A DNA stretch of 64,000 nt from contig NMRA01000130.1 in NCBI GenBank assembly GCA_002633005.1, positions 310,001 through 374,000 on the forward strand, written 5' to 3'. Made by a program: the position numbers and the translations under genes. The notes under the pieces were generated by a model. It ran no database searches. It was given only the letters and a program-made list of their open reading frames with translations, and was not told where the DNA came from. Source of the DNA: Phoronis australis. Lineage: Eukaryota > Animalia > Phoronida. This document shows, piece by piece, positions 1-13,987 of the stretch; position 1 is the stretch's first letter; each line of letters begins with the position of its first letter.

Positions 1-865
1 GACTGCAACACTGGTATGGACTAAATTTCCAATGCAGGGCTTGATTTGGCGACCTGTAGCTCGCCTACGCGACTTCAGATTGTGTTTGACAACCAAGTAT
101 AAATCCCACATCGAGTAGCAAATGAAGTAAGTCAATAATTTACCCTCAGTTTGCTTCAAAATTTTAGGCGACTTTCAAACTTTAAATTAATAGCATATTG
201 CCTAGATACAATACCTTTGGTATTATCCTGTTGAACAGTTAGCTGTAATTTTCAATTAGCTGTAAATTTACCAACATAAGCTAGACATAAAAGCAACGAG
301 TCGACTGAACTGACAAAGTAAGGGTAAGACAACTACCAGAGAACTTAGAAATGTTAATTGGCAGACAGTCCCTCTACTAAATACTGACAGTGAAATTACA
401 AATCTAACTGGAGCTACTCTTTAACTCAAACCATCAACCATTAGTGGAGTATCATCTTGCAAGTCAGTGACCTAGACCAAGTCTCAATGCAGACAGGTGT
501 CTCCCCGTTTGCGCTGCCACCCTGGGTGTGGCTGGGTAACCCCTCTCCCCCACAATCATTCAGACGTATCCAATTGGTCCCGAGTATACTGAAAGTGATG
601 GTGTTCAACTAACAAAGTGACAGAATAATTTTGTTAGTGAATGAAGAAGCTTATCAGAAAGAAATAATTATTGCAATTGCTAAAGTATTTGTTCGAGTTG
701 GAAAGATTTGATATCGCCAGCCTCCCAGAGGTGTCCCACTATGTCTGAAAGATTTTGCTGCGGTGAGGCCCAAATCTCCGACGTACAGAGCCAAAAAGGA
801 TGGGTGGGCATTCGTGAGTCTTCTAGTCTTAGCATTGAGGTCATCATTGGACTTTTACAGCAGGT

Positions 866-972
866 ACTATGTGCACAGTCAATGAGACTCCCTGACCTCC
901 ACTTGTGTCTTGGACAGCCACTATGTGCACAGTCAAGGAGTCTCCCTGACCTCCACTTGTGTCTTGGACAAT
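866..972. repeat. Two-copy 54-bp tandem repeat
   Basis: actatgtgcacagtcaa.gag.ctccctgacctccacttgtgtcttggaca occurs twice. Confidence 0.9.
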
Positions 973-1910
973 GTGGGAGGATTGTATATTTTATGTCTGG
1001 CTAGGCCTCAATGGTGGTTGTGCAACATGCAGGTTGAGGGACTCAACAACCTTTGACCTAGAAGTTATTGACACTGGTCTGGGATGTCCAACTGAATGGA
1101 ACATTTATGTTAGGGGGACAAAAGAACAGGGAATTTAAAGTCCAGAGTCTCACACTTAACTTTCCGTTTTATGTGCAGGCAGAGAAATGCATCATATGAT
1201 TGACCAAAATTTCGAAAAGTAGAGCCGTGCTATCTTCCGAGTCCAGTCACACTTGAAAGCGGTAAATGATTCAACACGCATCACAAACGTTTTCAAATTT
1301 TTTTCGTGTCTTCATTGCAACTCGTTATACACAACAGTAAAACATAATTGGTATCAAAATCGTACAAACAGCACTGTTCATTCTCAATCGTAGAGTGAGC
1401 TTGGCAGTGGTGTTCAACTGCCGGCCACGGCGTCCTACAAACGTGTAGCATTGTGGGTAAATACAGAAGAATCACAGACGGCGTTGTGATACTACGAGAA
1501 GTGGATACTTAAATTATTAAGAAAATTAAATTATTATAGAGAAAATACTGAAAACATTAGATGTAGGCCTCATGCGAAGTGCAGGCAAAGTGGTCGTTGA
1601 ATACATCTGTCTGTTATTAAGTTAAAAGGGTTATACACTTACCACTCAAAAATCATAAAAATGGCCACTAAGTGGTATGGAATAAGTCAAATCTAACACA
1701 AAAGAAAAAGGTACTGTCATCTTCGTAACAGAAACATGTTTGACAAAACCACAACTAGGGACCACCAGAGCACTTAAACCCAACCGAAAATCAATTTTAG
1801 CTACGGTCTTCCCAACAGGAACACATCGTACAATTTTCATAAAGATCCTTCAGGTTTTTTGGCAGACAGAGAGGCGGAAGCCAAAAAAGGACTAATAATC
1901 TTTTAAAAAG

Positions 1911-1925
1911 GCCACTAGGTGGCGC
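1911..1925 (+). promoter_or_regulatory. CTCF-like motif
   Basis: GCCACTAGGTGGCGC closely matches the CTCF core consensus. Confidence 0.45.
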
Positions 1926-3091
1926 AGAATGGGTCAAATCCATCCAAAAATGGCAAGGCACAGTCGTCTCCTTAATAGAAAACTATTTTCAAAACTCCAT
2001 CAAGGAACTCTGAAGATACAGAGACAAACGTAAAAAAAAATAAAACTGCTACTTGGGCGCAGAGCAGTAGTCGAATCGGTCATAGTCATCTGTCTTCAAC
2101 TTCATCGGAACACATCTTCTAAATCTAATTAAGATCCTGTAAGGGATTTAAGGAGATACCGCTGTATACGTGGGTGCATGAAAAAAGTAAAGAACTTTGT
2201 TTGTCTTGAGCTGACATTTTTTCCTATTAATCACCATTCCCTCGGCATGTATTTACTATTGCCGGAATAAAAGAAACTGATGTTAACGGCCCACATTCAC
2301 TTCCATTGAGAATACAGAAATGATCGACACAAAGTGTTTGTGGTGCGTAAAGCAATGTGATTAATGGCATTGACAGCAGAATCATTGGTTACTCTTCACA
2401 ACACTTGTACGCCAGAAGAACTGTAATTGATAAGGATAAATGGCCCTCCATGATGACTGTGAGATTCATTACTTAAGTAACATTGAACATGGTTGCGTTC
2501 CCCTTTAACCCTTAATGCAAGTCTATGGACAAAGTACATCGTAGTTGTAAACTTAAGGATGAAGTACAAAGATCTAAGTTTGGAAGTTCTAGTTTTCCGT
2601 AAATTAACTGGATTTCATGTTTTAAAAAGTTTATAAAATTTCAAATTATGCCATTCCATCACTGACTTCACATTGGTTCTGAGCGAAGGTTTGACACTGA
2701 ACTGTTTTTTTTTTTTATAATTTAGTAAGCCACTCATGAGATGGTAGCACTCACGTGATGGTTGTCATTTGACATATTTGTCAACTAAAATTTTCGATTT
2801 GCTACATTTTACACTCCCTGTTGTTATGAAACATGTTTGGATTATAAAAGGTTTATTCTCTGTTCTTTTCATGAGTGACCTTCACAAATATTCACAGCTC
2901 TACATTATAGAAATCAGCCAGATTACAACAGCACTTACAGACAATCTTCTTGTAATACATATCCTTTAAGGTCATAAATGTGGCCCTTGACTCCATGCTG
3001 GCTGCCATGTTGTATGCAACTTCCATTCAACTGTCCCAGTCTACATGCTGACCAGGGCTTCATCCAGGATTTCAAAACTGAGGCATCCAAA

Positions 3092-3480
3092 ATTGGTTCT
3101 CCAAATTTCTCAGGCCATCCATGATGTGTGAATGTTTTTTTATAAGTACCTTAAACAAGTGCAAAGATGGATACCTTAGGAAGCCATTGATGTCTTTAAC
3201 TCTTCCTAGCTCAAATAAACATTCCCGAAATAAAACTTGTTTTTCTTGAGCAGTATTTAGGTCAACTGCTCAAATCGGCAACAAGCCATTTTACAATGCT
3301 CACACCAGGCAATATGACGTTACATGGCGAGATGCTGATTAGGGCAACTGAACTGCAGACTACTCAAAAAAGGTTTGATTGGAGTTTATTTGTTCGAGGA
3401 GGGAAGACTTAAGGACATCAACGGCTTCCTCAGGTGTCCCTCTATGCGTACTTAAGGAACTTCTGAGAGTAGGCCAACCA
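3092..3480. mobile_element. MITE/foldback-like element with long imperfect inverted repeats
   Basis: GATACCTTAGGAAGCCATTGATGTCTTTAACTCTTCC (~3170-3206) is the near reverse complement of GGAAGACTTAAGGACATCAACGGCTTCCTCAGGTGTC (~3402-3438). Confidence 0.6.
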
Positions 3481-4151
3481 TAACATGAACATAGTCCTAG
3501 GTTACTTATAGCAACATGACTTTGATGGTTTAATTAGTATGAGGCATAATTCACCGAAAACCTTGCGGCATACAGAGGGCCTATAGGATGGCCACCGTCT
3601 CTACTGGGGTCAGTCTAGACGGTGACACTGTCTACCTGTAGCCCATGCCTATAAATACTTCAGACATGCATCTCTAATCGTAAGCCAATGAGTTGCCATT
3701 GGTCAGGTGGTGGCTGATTTAGCAAACCAGGCAATCACTGTATAACAGCCTGATAGTGGACGAAACTAGTTCTCGAAATGAGAGATGACTAAATTCAACC
3801 AGTCCAATTTCTGTCAATACCACCGATGCCTTCTCTCCCTCCCTCGTCTTTCCCCCTTCTAGTTCTAGTCCGGCCTACCTCTTCCCAGCCCTATCTTACT
3901 CCCCTATTTCCATAACTTATTCCCTCTCTCACTTGCGATGACAGTCGTAAAGAACGGAAAATCCTCAATAAACAACTGTACATAGCTGACCTTCCATATC
4001 GCTAACAACCCTTCACACACACGCCAGCCCCCACTACACGACACTCAGGAGTTCGACATGACATTTATTTCATCCGTTCATACAGACTATCCTGCAAGTC
4101 ACTCGTGTCTGTTACACTAAGGCGTCGTAAAATGAATTTGTTTTTACTTAC

Positions 4152-4270
4152 CGCACCGGATCGGATGACAGAATGCCGTTAAGAACTTTACAACTCAAGA
4201 ACAAACTGCGCCTTCGATGTTTTCGAGAACGAAGTACAGCACACCACGACTTTTTTTAATCACCGGAAGT
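4152..4270 (-). promoter_or_regulatory. Probable promoter and non-coding first exon of a - strand gene extending left
   Basis: Strong donor GCG|GTAAGT at 4151, CpG-richer segment with no ATG, CCGGAAGT ETS motif at 4263. Confidence 0.4.
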
Positions 4271-4897
4271 TTTAACTTAAAAAATAATCCTTCATTAACA
4301 ATATCGTTTGCGGAATTCCAAAAGCAAGTCATCCATCTCACCTTGCAGAGTCTTTATACATTAATCGATTCTCATTTAAGTCTGGTAACTTGTTGACCAA
4401 AGAGGCAGCGTGATTGATTGACCTTTATGCTCAGGAATATTATGTAATGTGTTTTCCAAAACAACAAAGTAGTGCTGGGAACAATTTCACGATCGTTCGG
4501 TAGGTGTCACTACAAGGTAGAAAGGTCATGGTAGAAATTATTGCCTTTATCAGGGAAAATCACAACGGGGAAGTTTAACTCTCATTTTTTCCTTTGGCAA
4601 CCGTTTTTACTTGCATGAACATATACGACTCTGATGGTTGGATGTGAGCTTACAGTAACTACACCACGTTTTCGTTTCAAAGTAACTCTACAGATCACTT
4701 AGGCAGGACTGTAGTGTCTTTAGGCCTAATAATAATTGCTCAGACAATCAAAGATTGGCCAAAATTCACTGAGGTGGAAGAAACTAAGTTACTGAAGTAC
4801 ACACAGCTATGCACCTTTCATTGATGGAGCTGGTGTCAATTATGCGTCACCAATAGAGCACGGTCAAAGAGTAGGTCAACTTCAGGAAACAAGGCAG

Positions 4898-5331
4898 CCG
4901 GTAATTTCCCAAAACAGGCCCATGGTCCGATATTCGGAAAACGATTTTTCAAAAATGTCAACTTACACCGAATATACGCCCGGGCGTATTTTGGTAAAGG
5001 GAGTCATGTTTTTAGAATCTGTCATTAAAACTGTCCTCCATACTGTACTAAAACGGTTATTTACGAAAAAAATTAGTCACCCAGTCTAATTTTGAAATTA
5101 TATGTTCGGCATTTGAGTGAAATTGTGACACCAAAATATTATGCTTTGTCAAAAAAATTAAATTTTACACCAAAATATATTACATATGTAAGTATTTCAG
5201 AACAATCTATCAGATTTTCAAAATATGCAAACAGCTACTGAAAAAACGCCCATGTGTGTACGTTTGGAAAATTTTCCGAAAATACGCCCATGAGCGTACT
5301 TTTGGGTGGGCCTATTTTCGGAAATTCCTGG
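4898..5331. mobile_element. MITE with ~24-bp imperfect TIRs
   Basis: CCGGTAATTTCCCAAAACAGGCCC ... GGGCCTATTTTCGGAAATTCCTGG, with internal ccgaa.atacgccc subrepeats. Confidence 0.65.
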
Positions 5332-5557
5332 TAGGCACTACTCTGTTACAACTGGTACCACAGAAAGCAAGAAATCAAAAATGATAAACAAAATTTTTCA
5401 TGTTGCCTACACAAGTGCCACTGTCAACGACAGCTAAACAGTATGTACCTATATATCTCTGGCAATACATGTAAATGCCTATCACAAAATCAGTAATAAA
5501 TGTATACATGTCACTGTCAACACAAAAAAATCATAAATGTCTGTCACTAAATACATA

Positions 5558-6692
5558 CAGTACATGACTCTATACACGTTCACTTAAGTAAATACTTACC
5601 TCTTTAGTATAGACAGGGATTGCAATTTTCAGACTTGGAAGACGTAAAAATGGTTATCATTCATAGCAAAACAAAAATGTCAATGACGTGACCAATTTTC
5701 ATTTGATGAAACAAGTGTTAATATGAGATCTCAAAAGACGCTGACACTGTTTTCTAAGACACCCTTTTTCGTTTTATGAAAACATTGAATTTTTCATAAA
5801 TTACTGTCAATATTTGCTAGCTCCTCATGCCAAAGTACTGGGACACCGTAACTTAACACAATCATTAATAGCGTGTTGGGATGAGTACTTGAAGAGCAAT
5901 ACAGGAAAGTTCAAGTTTATTTGAATCCGATCAGCCATTTTTGAGATACGATGTTTCAAGTTTCGCCAATAGACATTTTTCTAGGATCTCACATAACCTT
6001 CTCTTAATGATTGATCTTTGTACTTTAATATAATTGTGTTGTTATACATCAGGGCTGATCGAGTTGCATAAAGCTTTAAAAGTTATCCGCTGGATAAGTT
6101 TGGCTGTTGCATGACGTCAGGTGCATNCAGTACATGACTCTATACACGTTCACTTAAGTAAACACTTACCTCTTTAGTATAGACAGGGATTGCAATTTTC
6201 AGACTTGGAAGACGTAAAAATGGTTATCATTCATAGCAAAACAAAAATGTCAATGACGTGACCAATTTTCATTTGATGAAACAAGTGTTAATATGAGATC
6301 TCAAAAGACGCTGACAATGTTTTCTAAGACACCCTTTTTCGTTTTATGAAAACATTGAATTTTTCACAAATTACTGTCAATATTTGCTAGCTCCTCATGC
6401 CAAAGTACTGGGACACCGTAATTTAACACAATCGTTAAAAGCGTGTTGGGGATGAGTGCTTGAAGAGCAATACAGGAAAGATTTATTTGAATCGGATCAG
6501 CCATTTTTGAGATACGATGTTTCAAGTTTCGCCAATAGACATTTTTCTAGGATCTCACATAACCTTCACTTAATGATTGATCTTTGTACTTTAATATAAT
6601 TGTGTTGTTATACATCAGGGCTGATCGAGTTGCATAAAGCTTTAAAAGTTATCCGCTGGATAAGTTTGGCTGTTGCATGACGTCAGGTGCAT
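5558..6692. repeat. Near-identical ~570-bp tandem duplication split by a single N (probable haplotype/assembly artefact)
   Basis: 5558-6126 is repeated at 6128-6692 with a few SNPs and indels; N at 6127. Confidence 0.85.
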
Positions 6693-6799
6693 CGTTCAAC
6701 AATAACAACGTGACGCGTGATAATGCGACGTCTTTGATGCTATACGGCGTATTACTTTTATGCAGCTGGGCCCAAGTATAAGAAAGAACTATTAATCTT

Positions 6800-6830
6800 C
6801 ACACACACACACACACACACACACAACACA
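6800..6830. repeat. (CA)n microsatellite
   Basis: direct reading. Confidence 0.95.
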
Positions 6831-7884
6831 TGTTGGTCATGTCACGGGACCTATATTTAAAGTCTTTTGAAATACTGACTAAGGTTCGAACTCGATAGAC
6901 TCATGTTTTTGCAGAAATTCACGGGTTCTAACCCCGGTCGGGACAGAGACTTTATCGTTCTTAACTATAGGTAAAGTAGTGTGGCCAACATATGTTGTGT
7001 GTGAAGACTTATTGTTCATTAAATAGGCCTATTGTCAATTTGTGCTTGTGAATGAATTTTCCAATGACTTGTGTCAAAAATGCAACTTGCTACTGTGACA
7101 CAATTAACTTTTTTTTCTAATTTATAGAAAGCAAGTAGCGAGAAATTTTACTTCATATCATATTTGAGCATTTGTTGCAATACTGCATTTGTCCAGTGTG
7201 TTGGGATAGACTCTTTTTTTCAAATAGGAACCATGTATTACACAACACGTGTCTCAGCCAGTCTGCCCAGGGTTATCAGTGAAAAAATATTATTAGCTGC
7301 TAACTGGTTAATGCAGCAGAATATCTGAGCAACATTCGGGATGTAATTGTTGTTGCATTTTAAAGTTACGAGAACGAAAGTTTCCAAAATGGACAGACTA
7401 CCACAGACCTCTCCAAAACTTTGACAAGGCTGGATAAATTTCAATCAGAATTATTTGACAGGTTAGTCGAATTTTTGTCGGAGTCGAATGTGATTTTGCG
7501 TCTAGTCGCTAATAGTATTTCTTTGTGGATGGACATAAGCAGTAAGTTGTCGTATGGAGCTACACCTGTTGAGTTTTCGCTGGAATCGAAATGGACTCTA
7601 GTCGAAAGGAAATTGACATGTAGTAGCTATTTTGTGTGCCGAAAATGTCAAATTTTGATGTTGTCAAGTTTATTTTGAAACTACTGTCTTTGCACTTGTG
7701 GACCCTCTGTTGCATTGTAATCTGTTGGTATGTTTACATTCTTCATGAAGATGTCGTTGGTATATCAAGGTCACTACATACTTTATAAACATCCACCATT
7801 TTCACCCTAACGTCCACAAGGTCCATCCACTGCAAACTTAACTTAGTTTCTTGTGACCAACACTCCCAAAACAGAATGGGCCCT

Positions 7885-8065
7885 GATACGCCGTAAAATG
7901 TAACAATTTCGTAAAATGTAGCAACTGAAACATTTTACGTCATTGTTACATTTTACGTTGCTAGGCCTCTCCTAAAATGTAACAAGTTGCTACATTTTTG
8001 TAATTGTTACAATTTACGCCGAATGCACATGCGACAAATGCACCATTGATACATTTTACGAAAGC
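7885..8065. repeat. Small palindromic element built from CGTAAAATGTAACAA / TTGTTACATTTTACG units
   Basis: Direct and inverted copies of the same ~15-mer; MITE-like. Confidence 0.6.
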
Positions 8066-9315
8066 GATGTCATATTTCATGAATTTGCATGGTACTTGTC
8101 ACGCGGGGGAAAAGGATTCACACACTTTGAATGAAATTCTGTCAAATGTGCCACCTCGAATTTGTGTCCCTATGTGCTTTCCATTGTTTTTTAACATGAG
8201 TATTTTCTTGGTATAGTAAAAATGTACCCCGTACAGTTTTAAATCCAGACGAAAGGGGTTTCCAGGATCAGGAAACAAGTTTTCATGGTTAAAGCGTTCT
8301 TGCAATCTTTTTTTGCGCTCACAGGCCATAAACGAATTGTGTATTCGGCATTATAGTGCACACACTTCCCTTGGTAAGCACAACAGAAACAATGACATCG
8401 TATTTTGGCTATTGAATAGTAGTAATGGTGGTAATACCAGTAATAGTAGTAATAGTAATGTAACTGCAATAACAGTGATAAGGGGTAGCCAGATTCATGC
8501 GTTGCCAGCCTGGCCGGCATTACTATAGAAGAGTTTAACGAAAAGTGCCACCCAATGGTTGTTTTTACGCAGCAAAGAAATATTCTTCAAAATCGTGTCA
8601 TTTTCGACAAACTACTATCTAAAAGAGTGCCTTTTCAGAATTTCTGGAACAGAACTGTGCGAAAATGTGAAATTCAGTTTGCACAAAATTAGTCTCTATT
8701 TTTGGGTCACTTTTTTGTCAGAGCTCACTCTCTAACTAGGATATTCGGGCAGACCCCTCGTCAGAGCATAACTTCATGTCAGAGAACTGGATGGAGAAGT
8801 CGTTTTTAGTATCTGCTAATAGGCCAAAACCGGGTTTGGTACCCTTTTAAGTAATTGTTGTGGATTTGTTCCATCGTTGTCTTCAATGTCATGTGGCTGC
8901 ACTGTTGACATTGTTGTCTGAGAGCGTGTCCTGGTATTTGGGCAATAGGGGAGTCACTTGCCCTCGTATCGACCCCTCCTCGCAGCTTCGTATATCCATT
9001 CTCTGTGATAGGCTACAGCCGTGGCGCGTTTTTAAACTCAAGTGGTTCGATAGGGGAATCTGGCCAAGTGAAACAATTTTCATGGGCCGGAGGAAAACCT
9101 TAAGTTTGTACTCGAAATCGAGCTCGAAGTTATTTTTGATACCATGTTTGAGTTCTACTTTTGAGCAAACTCGAGATATATGACTATTATTCTGTACTTG
9201 GCTCGAGTACACTATGGTTTACGTGAGTGACTGACTTAGAAATCCTGTCTTAACTCTACGTCATTACCTCAGCATATATAATAAGCGTATAAGTTGTCGT
9301 CTGAACTCGAAATTT

Positions 9316-9378
9316 CGACTTTTTAGTCTAAATCTCGACTTTTTAGTCTAAATCTCGACTTTTTAGTCTAAATCTCGC
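9316..9378. repeat. Three-copy 20-bp tandem repeat inside a CTCGA-rich element
   Basis: (cgactttttagtctaaatct)x3. Confidence 0.9.
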
Positions 9379-10226
9379 TTTCTTTCGCTAGTTTGTAACT
9401 CGAACCTATTGCCCATTAAATGCGAATCGCGACAAGACCAGCATAAATCATTACATAGACGTACTCGAGCATCGGTTGTCAAAAACAATTTCGAGATGTA
9501 CAAATTTAAGTCAAAGATCATCTTCACAATAAATAAACTTGTTCGGGATATAGAAACCGTTTCACTTTATCAAACATCAACCAGGCACTAATTTCAAATA
9601 CCAAGTTTATTTTCATAGTCGAAATAGGTAATTATGTTGGAAAATCACTGTATTGTAGCTAGAACCTCTAACTGGTTGCTAGAATTTAACAGACTATAGT
9701 AACCTTCAATGCCAGGCCGTGTGCATATAGTCTTCGATTGAAGAAACGGCGTTTCAATCCACCAACGATTTTTTTTCACTCGAGTCCCTCGGTACAACCA
9801 GTAATAAGATGACGCCACGAAAGCTTGGTCTCGGTATTTTCAGAACACTCTTCACATTCTACGTTCCGTAATATTTTCATAACGAACGCCTTATTCTTGA
9901 TTGGTTGTGAATGTTGTCGGGCAGTTGCTTAATCTCATGATCGCGTTCACGAACGGCAAATTCACCAACCATAGAACATGAACTGAATATCCAGAAAATT
10001 ACATTTTTTCTGAAAAAAATATTAAGCTTGTGGAATATTCTGAACGATGGAAACCGTGGCTGGTTATTTTTGGCTAACAACTACATTGTTGATATAGATC
10101 ATTTAAATGTAAAAGGTCCTCATGTGTACCTGTGCGTGCGTGCGTGCGTATGTTTGTTTGCAGGCATGTGTATGCGTGTACAGTGTATTAATGTCGGCCC
10201 TGATGCACGTGCAATTTGAACAAAAG

Positions 10227-10461
10227 CAGCGGCGGATTTAGGGGGGGGGGGGGGGGGGGGGANCCAGGGGGTTGAATAAACAATACATAGGCCCTGGAGA
10301 AACCCCGTTTACTGTTTTCTTTTTTTTGTCAACAGGTCCGCAAACCCAAAAATTCGAGGCCCCTGCATCCCCACATGCGAGGCTAGACGCGTGCATCTGC
10401 CGAAATTCTGGTTATTCCTGTGCCCTGCCCCCCCCAACTCAAAATCCTGGATCCGCCCCTG
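10227..10461. mobile_element. hAT-like MITE
   Basis: Ends CAGCGGCGGATTTAGGGG... and ...CCTGGATCCGCCCCTG; CAG..CTG termini with G/C runs. Confidence 0.65.
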
Positions 10462-12455
10462 AAAAGGACAGATGCCATAAATAACAGGCCTTCTGGTAAC
10501 ACGTGAAAATCTACCCATCAATAGTATTACTATGGCTATTACTAACTTATGATTATTACAGTTCATATTAAAGAAACTGGAAAATCGAGTTGTCTGCAAG
10601 GCACGACGAGAAATCTGCATAGCTCCAACGAATTTTTAATGCCATGCCAGCTAGAGGCCATGGTAACCTTTCTGTCAAGCACAGAAGTACAATGTTGGCA
10701 CGTAACTTTTACTCACGCAAAACATTGAGTAATTTTTGCAACAGAGAGAGACATCTCAAAAATAGAAATTCGTTACGACTTCGCAGGATGATGACTGACC
10801 CAGGAATTATAAATAACATTTCCCATCTGCGTTCTCGCATAAAAAGTCTCAAATAGACTCACCGGGGACATCTTCTTGAGAATCAGAATTCAGACGGCGA
10901 CACAAGAAATACAAAGGTTTGTTATTATGTATCTCACCACGGTGATAGTCAACAACTTAGCTGCTACTATGCCCCTTGTTCTTCCCCTTGTTACCAGTAC
11001 CCAGAACTAACTGTCTTATAGCTTTCCTGCATACTCCCGTGTTTAGGGGCTCAGAGTTTACTTAACTGACCCACTAAGTGCATCACTTTAGGTTCCTGAC
11101 TAAAAGCCTTTACTTCGTCATGGCAAAAGGACTGTAACTCGCGTTCCGTCCAAGAAGCGGACTTTCGATTCATCCGACTTACTGCTGTAAAATTAGTCTC
11201 AACCTGTTCCCTACTTAGATGAGAAGTGAACTTTGCAAGGACTGGTGGATAGTTCTCCTGCGAGGCAATTCGAGTATAACGAAACGACACGCCGTGACGA
11301 GCCAACTTGAACATTTCGACCTCAAGCAATAACGAGAAACTTTCAGTTCCGAAAACAACTTAACATTGACGAAAGAACAATTTAAGACCGATTTCACAAC
11401 GAAACGTGGTCTAAATCAAAATCCTATTTTTTGTGACGGAAGCAAATTGAAGCCACCATTTGCACCCCTCACTCTTATTATAAAACAGCTCTTGTTTTTT
11501 AAAGGCATTTTTTCATATTGTGCCTACTCCCTCTACATTTTACGAAGGTCCACATAAATACCCCCCTACGGTACCTATTGCTTGTAACGACGATAAACTT
11601 GACTGTAAAAAGTGTTGGCGTTTCTTTTACATTATCATAGATTACACGTTCATGTAATACACCTGAATAGCATATTTTCTGTTCAAGCCTTTTTGGAAAA
11701 GTTTAAAAACAAGATTACCTTGTCAGCACGAAATGATCACTTGCTTTTTTTTGATAACAGAAATGATTTGCATTGGTCATCGAAAGTATTGTCGTATCTT
11801 TTACAACAATATGCATGTCTGCGTAATCAACCTAAATACAATATCTTCGTCAAGCAAACTCAAATTACGTGTTTGATGAATGATCGAAGTTGCAATTCGT
11901 TCTGTTTAGCTGAATGACACGAAAATCGAAGTAGATCTCACAAACTCGATATCATATTCCTTGCCATGATAGGATTCCATAGGCAATGTGCACTTGCGCC
12001 ATTTCCGAATTCGCAATTTTAGGGTCGGCCAACTCCAATCCTAAACTCTGAAGCGTTTTCTCGAGTCGTTGGTGGTTTCTAAGTTCTTATTGGTAAATAA
12101 AATCCTGTCACGGTAACTTGGAACGGATTTGACGAGAGTAAAATCAGAAAATCCGAAATTAGAGTAAAAGTCCCGACTCAATTTTTTTTTCTTAGCCATT
12201 CAGATAAACAGAGCGAAATTATCAGCATGAACTGAACACTCGGTTTTCCATATAGATTTATTTTCTTGTAATTATGCATTATACATTAGACATTTATATT
12301 TTTTCTTCAGTTTTTAGGCTTTTCGTTTTGTACATCTTCACTTCACCTGGGACTAACTATACTGACCTACAGACAACGGTCAATTGAAATTGGTTGTAAA
12401 GTTTTGATGGTGACTACCAGTAGTAAATCGACTGACTTCGCAGATAACGCAGACG

Positions 12456-12579
12456 ATGCCGAACACAAAACCATGCTTGATGGCGATGATATACCTGATG
12501 GCGTTATTGTATATTCCTATGTTAGCAAGCTACTATCTAGCTTCAGTGGACATCGGCAGAGGTAAGCCTTTAAATAAAG

Positions 12580-12615
<36 letters not shown>

Positions 12616-13987
12616 ATGAACAAGTAGAGCACTGAACAGGAATTATTACGAAATACAAGTTGATATGGCACACAATCTAATATTTCCTGTCTTCTGAGAA
12701 GACAGCACCATAGGAGTCCGTCACATTTTGAAAAACTTACAATTGGCACAATTTTTTGGAACAAAAGTTTCTCAATTTTACAATATTCAAAAATTTCTGT
12801 TTTTAATAAATTGAAAAAAACAAGCATTTGACAAATCTCCAGCAGTATATGCGATACTTACCCGAGATTATTAAACTCGAAATTCTTAAGCACTCGAGTT
12901 TGCCGAAAATTATGTCCTCAATACCATATAGTTTAATGACAAATTTATATTTTCATTGATAATAGTACAATATCACAAAAACTAAATTCAACAATGTAAT
13001 TTTTTTCTTGTAAGCTATAGTTTTTTTTTCGAGGAACAGTGAATGTAAGCAATTTGTGGATTGTTTAATTTACTAAACATTACAAATTAATAATTGCCTA
13101 CTATGGAATCTATTTCAGCAATTTTTCTCAACATCACTTCGGAGATTACAACAGCCTATCCCATAAGACTAAACCAGGCGGGATGGACGTTTGCCATACG
13201 GCCATTTTTGTTGGCTTGGCAAGGCCTATGGCTTATTTACGTGATTATGTCGACATGTCGTCACAGTGGAGGGAAGCCCTTGTACTCGACAGTCGAGTTG
13301 ATCACGCCACTGTTTTGCCTGTCCATAATTTGCAGTTGGACAAGTTACGTCACGTGGCTTGTTCTGTGGAGCAGACGATACACTTCATGGTCATTGCTCG
13401 CATCAACATTGGCAACGTCTTCGACAATTGTGGCACTGATAATCTCCCACACGCAACTGAACACGTTAGGTGACCGCATGATGGAAAACAATCTCTCCAC
13501 GGACATCGTGTCAACACGTATATTTGTCCAAAATGGACTTGCGGCGTACATCTCATGGACGATCGTCACCACGTTATCAAATCTCGTGGTGGTGCTAACC
13601 TACAGCCTCAAGCTTACAGATACCGTCGCGTCTTCCATTACAATCGGCATCCTTGCATTTGTTATTCTCGTTTGGTTCTTATTGGAAACCACGCTGCTGG
13701 ACCGCACGTTACGTTACACGTGTAGCCAATATGTTGTATTTCTGGTCGCACTGACTGCAATTGTGCAAGCAAACTATGAAGAAGGAACCCTCGATTCCAT
13801 CTTGATTGTAGTTCTGCTGGGTCTGACAGAAGTTATGACTATTGCAAAAGTTATCATAATGTTGACACGACAGCGTAAAAATCCCATTTTTAAAGTTAAC
13901 TTCAAAGAAACTTCCTTTTACCCCGAGTACCAGCAGCGTAAAAACTCAATATTTTACGTATATGAAGCAGAAATTGACGAAACATAA
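12456..13987 (+). CDS. Uncharacterised multi-pass membrane protein (about 8 hydrophobic segments) of the animal family with a 'PAGWTF.IW....WQ' motif; 2 coding exons (12456-12561, 13119-13987), 324 aa
   Basis: 297-codon ORF 13094-13987 with many hydrophobic stretches (AGWTFAI...WQ, NGLAAYISWT). An upstream exon MPNTKPCLMAMIYLMALLYIPMLASYYLASVDIGR ends AG|GTAAGC (phase 1) and joins in frame at tatttcag|CA. AATAAA at ~14146 and ~14165. Confidence 0.85.
12581..12613. repeat. (ATT)n microsatellite in the membrane-protein intron
   Basis: direct reading. Confidence 0.95.

Noticed and set aside
3480-4063. Solo-LTR-like segment (TATAAATA ~3650, AATAAA ~3967, ends ...TGACA)
   Set aside because: No matching 5' TG terminus or target-site duplication could be found.
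5558-6692. Tandem duplication as real biology
   Set aside because: The copies abut a single N and differ at allelic levels, typical of uncollapsed haplotypes.
7760-11400. Possible small - strand gene (donor CCG|GTGAGT at 10862, acceptor near 7830, ORF 11051-11329)
   Set aside because: The joined frame has an upstream stop and no Met, with no recognisable protein; it may be a non-coding exon but is unsupported.
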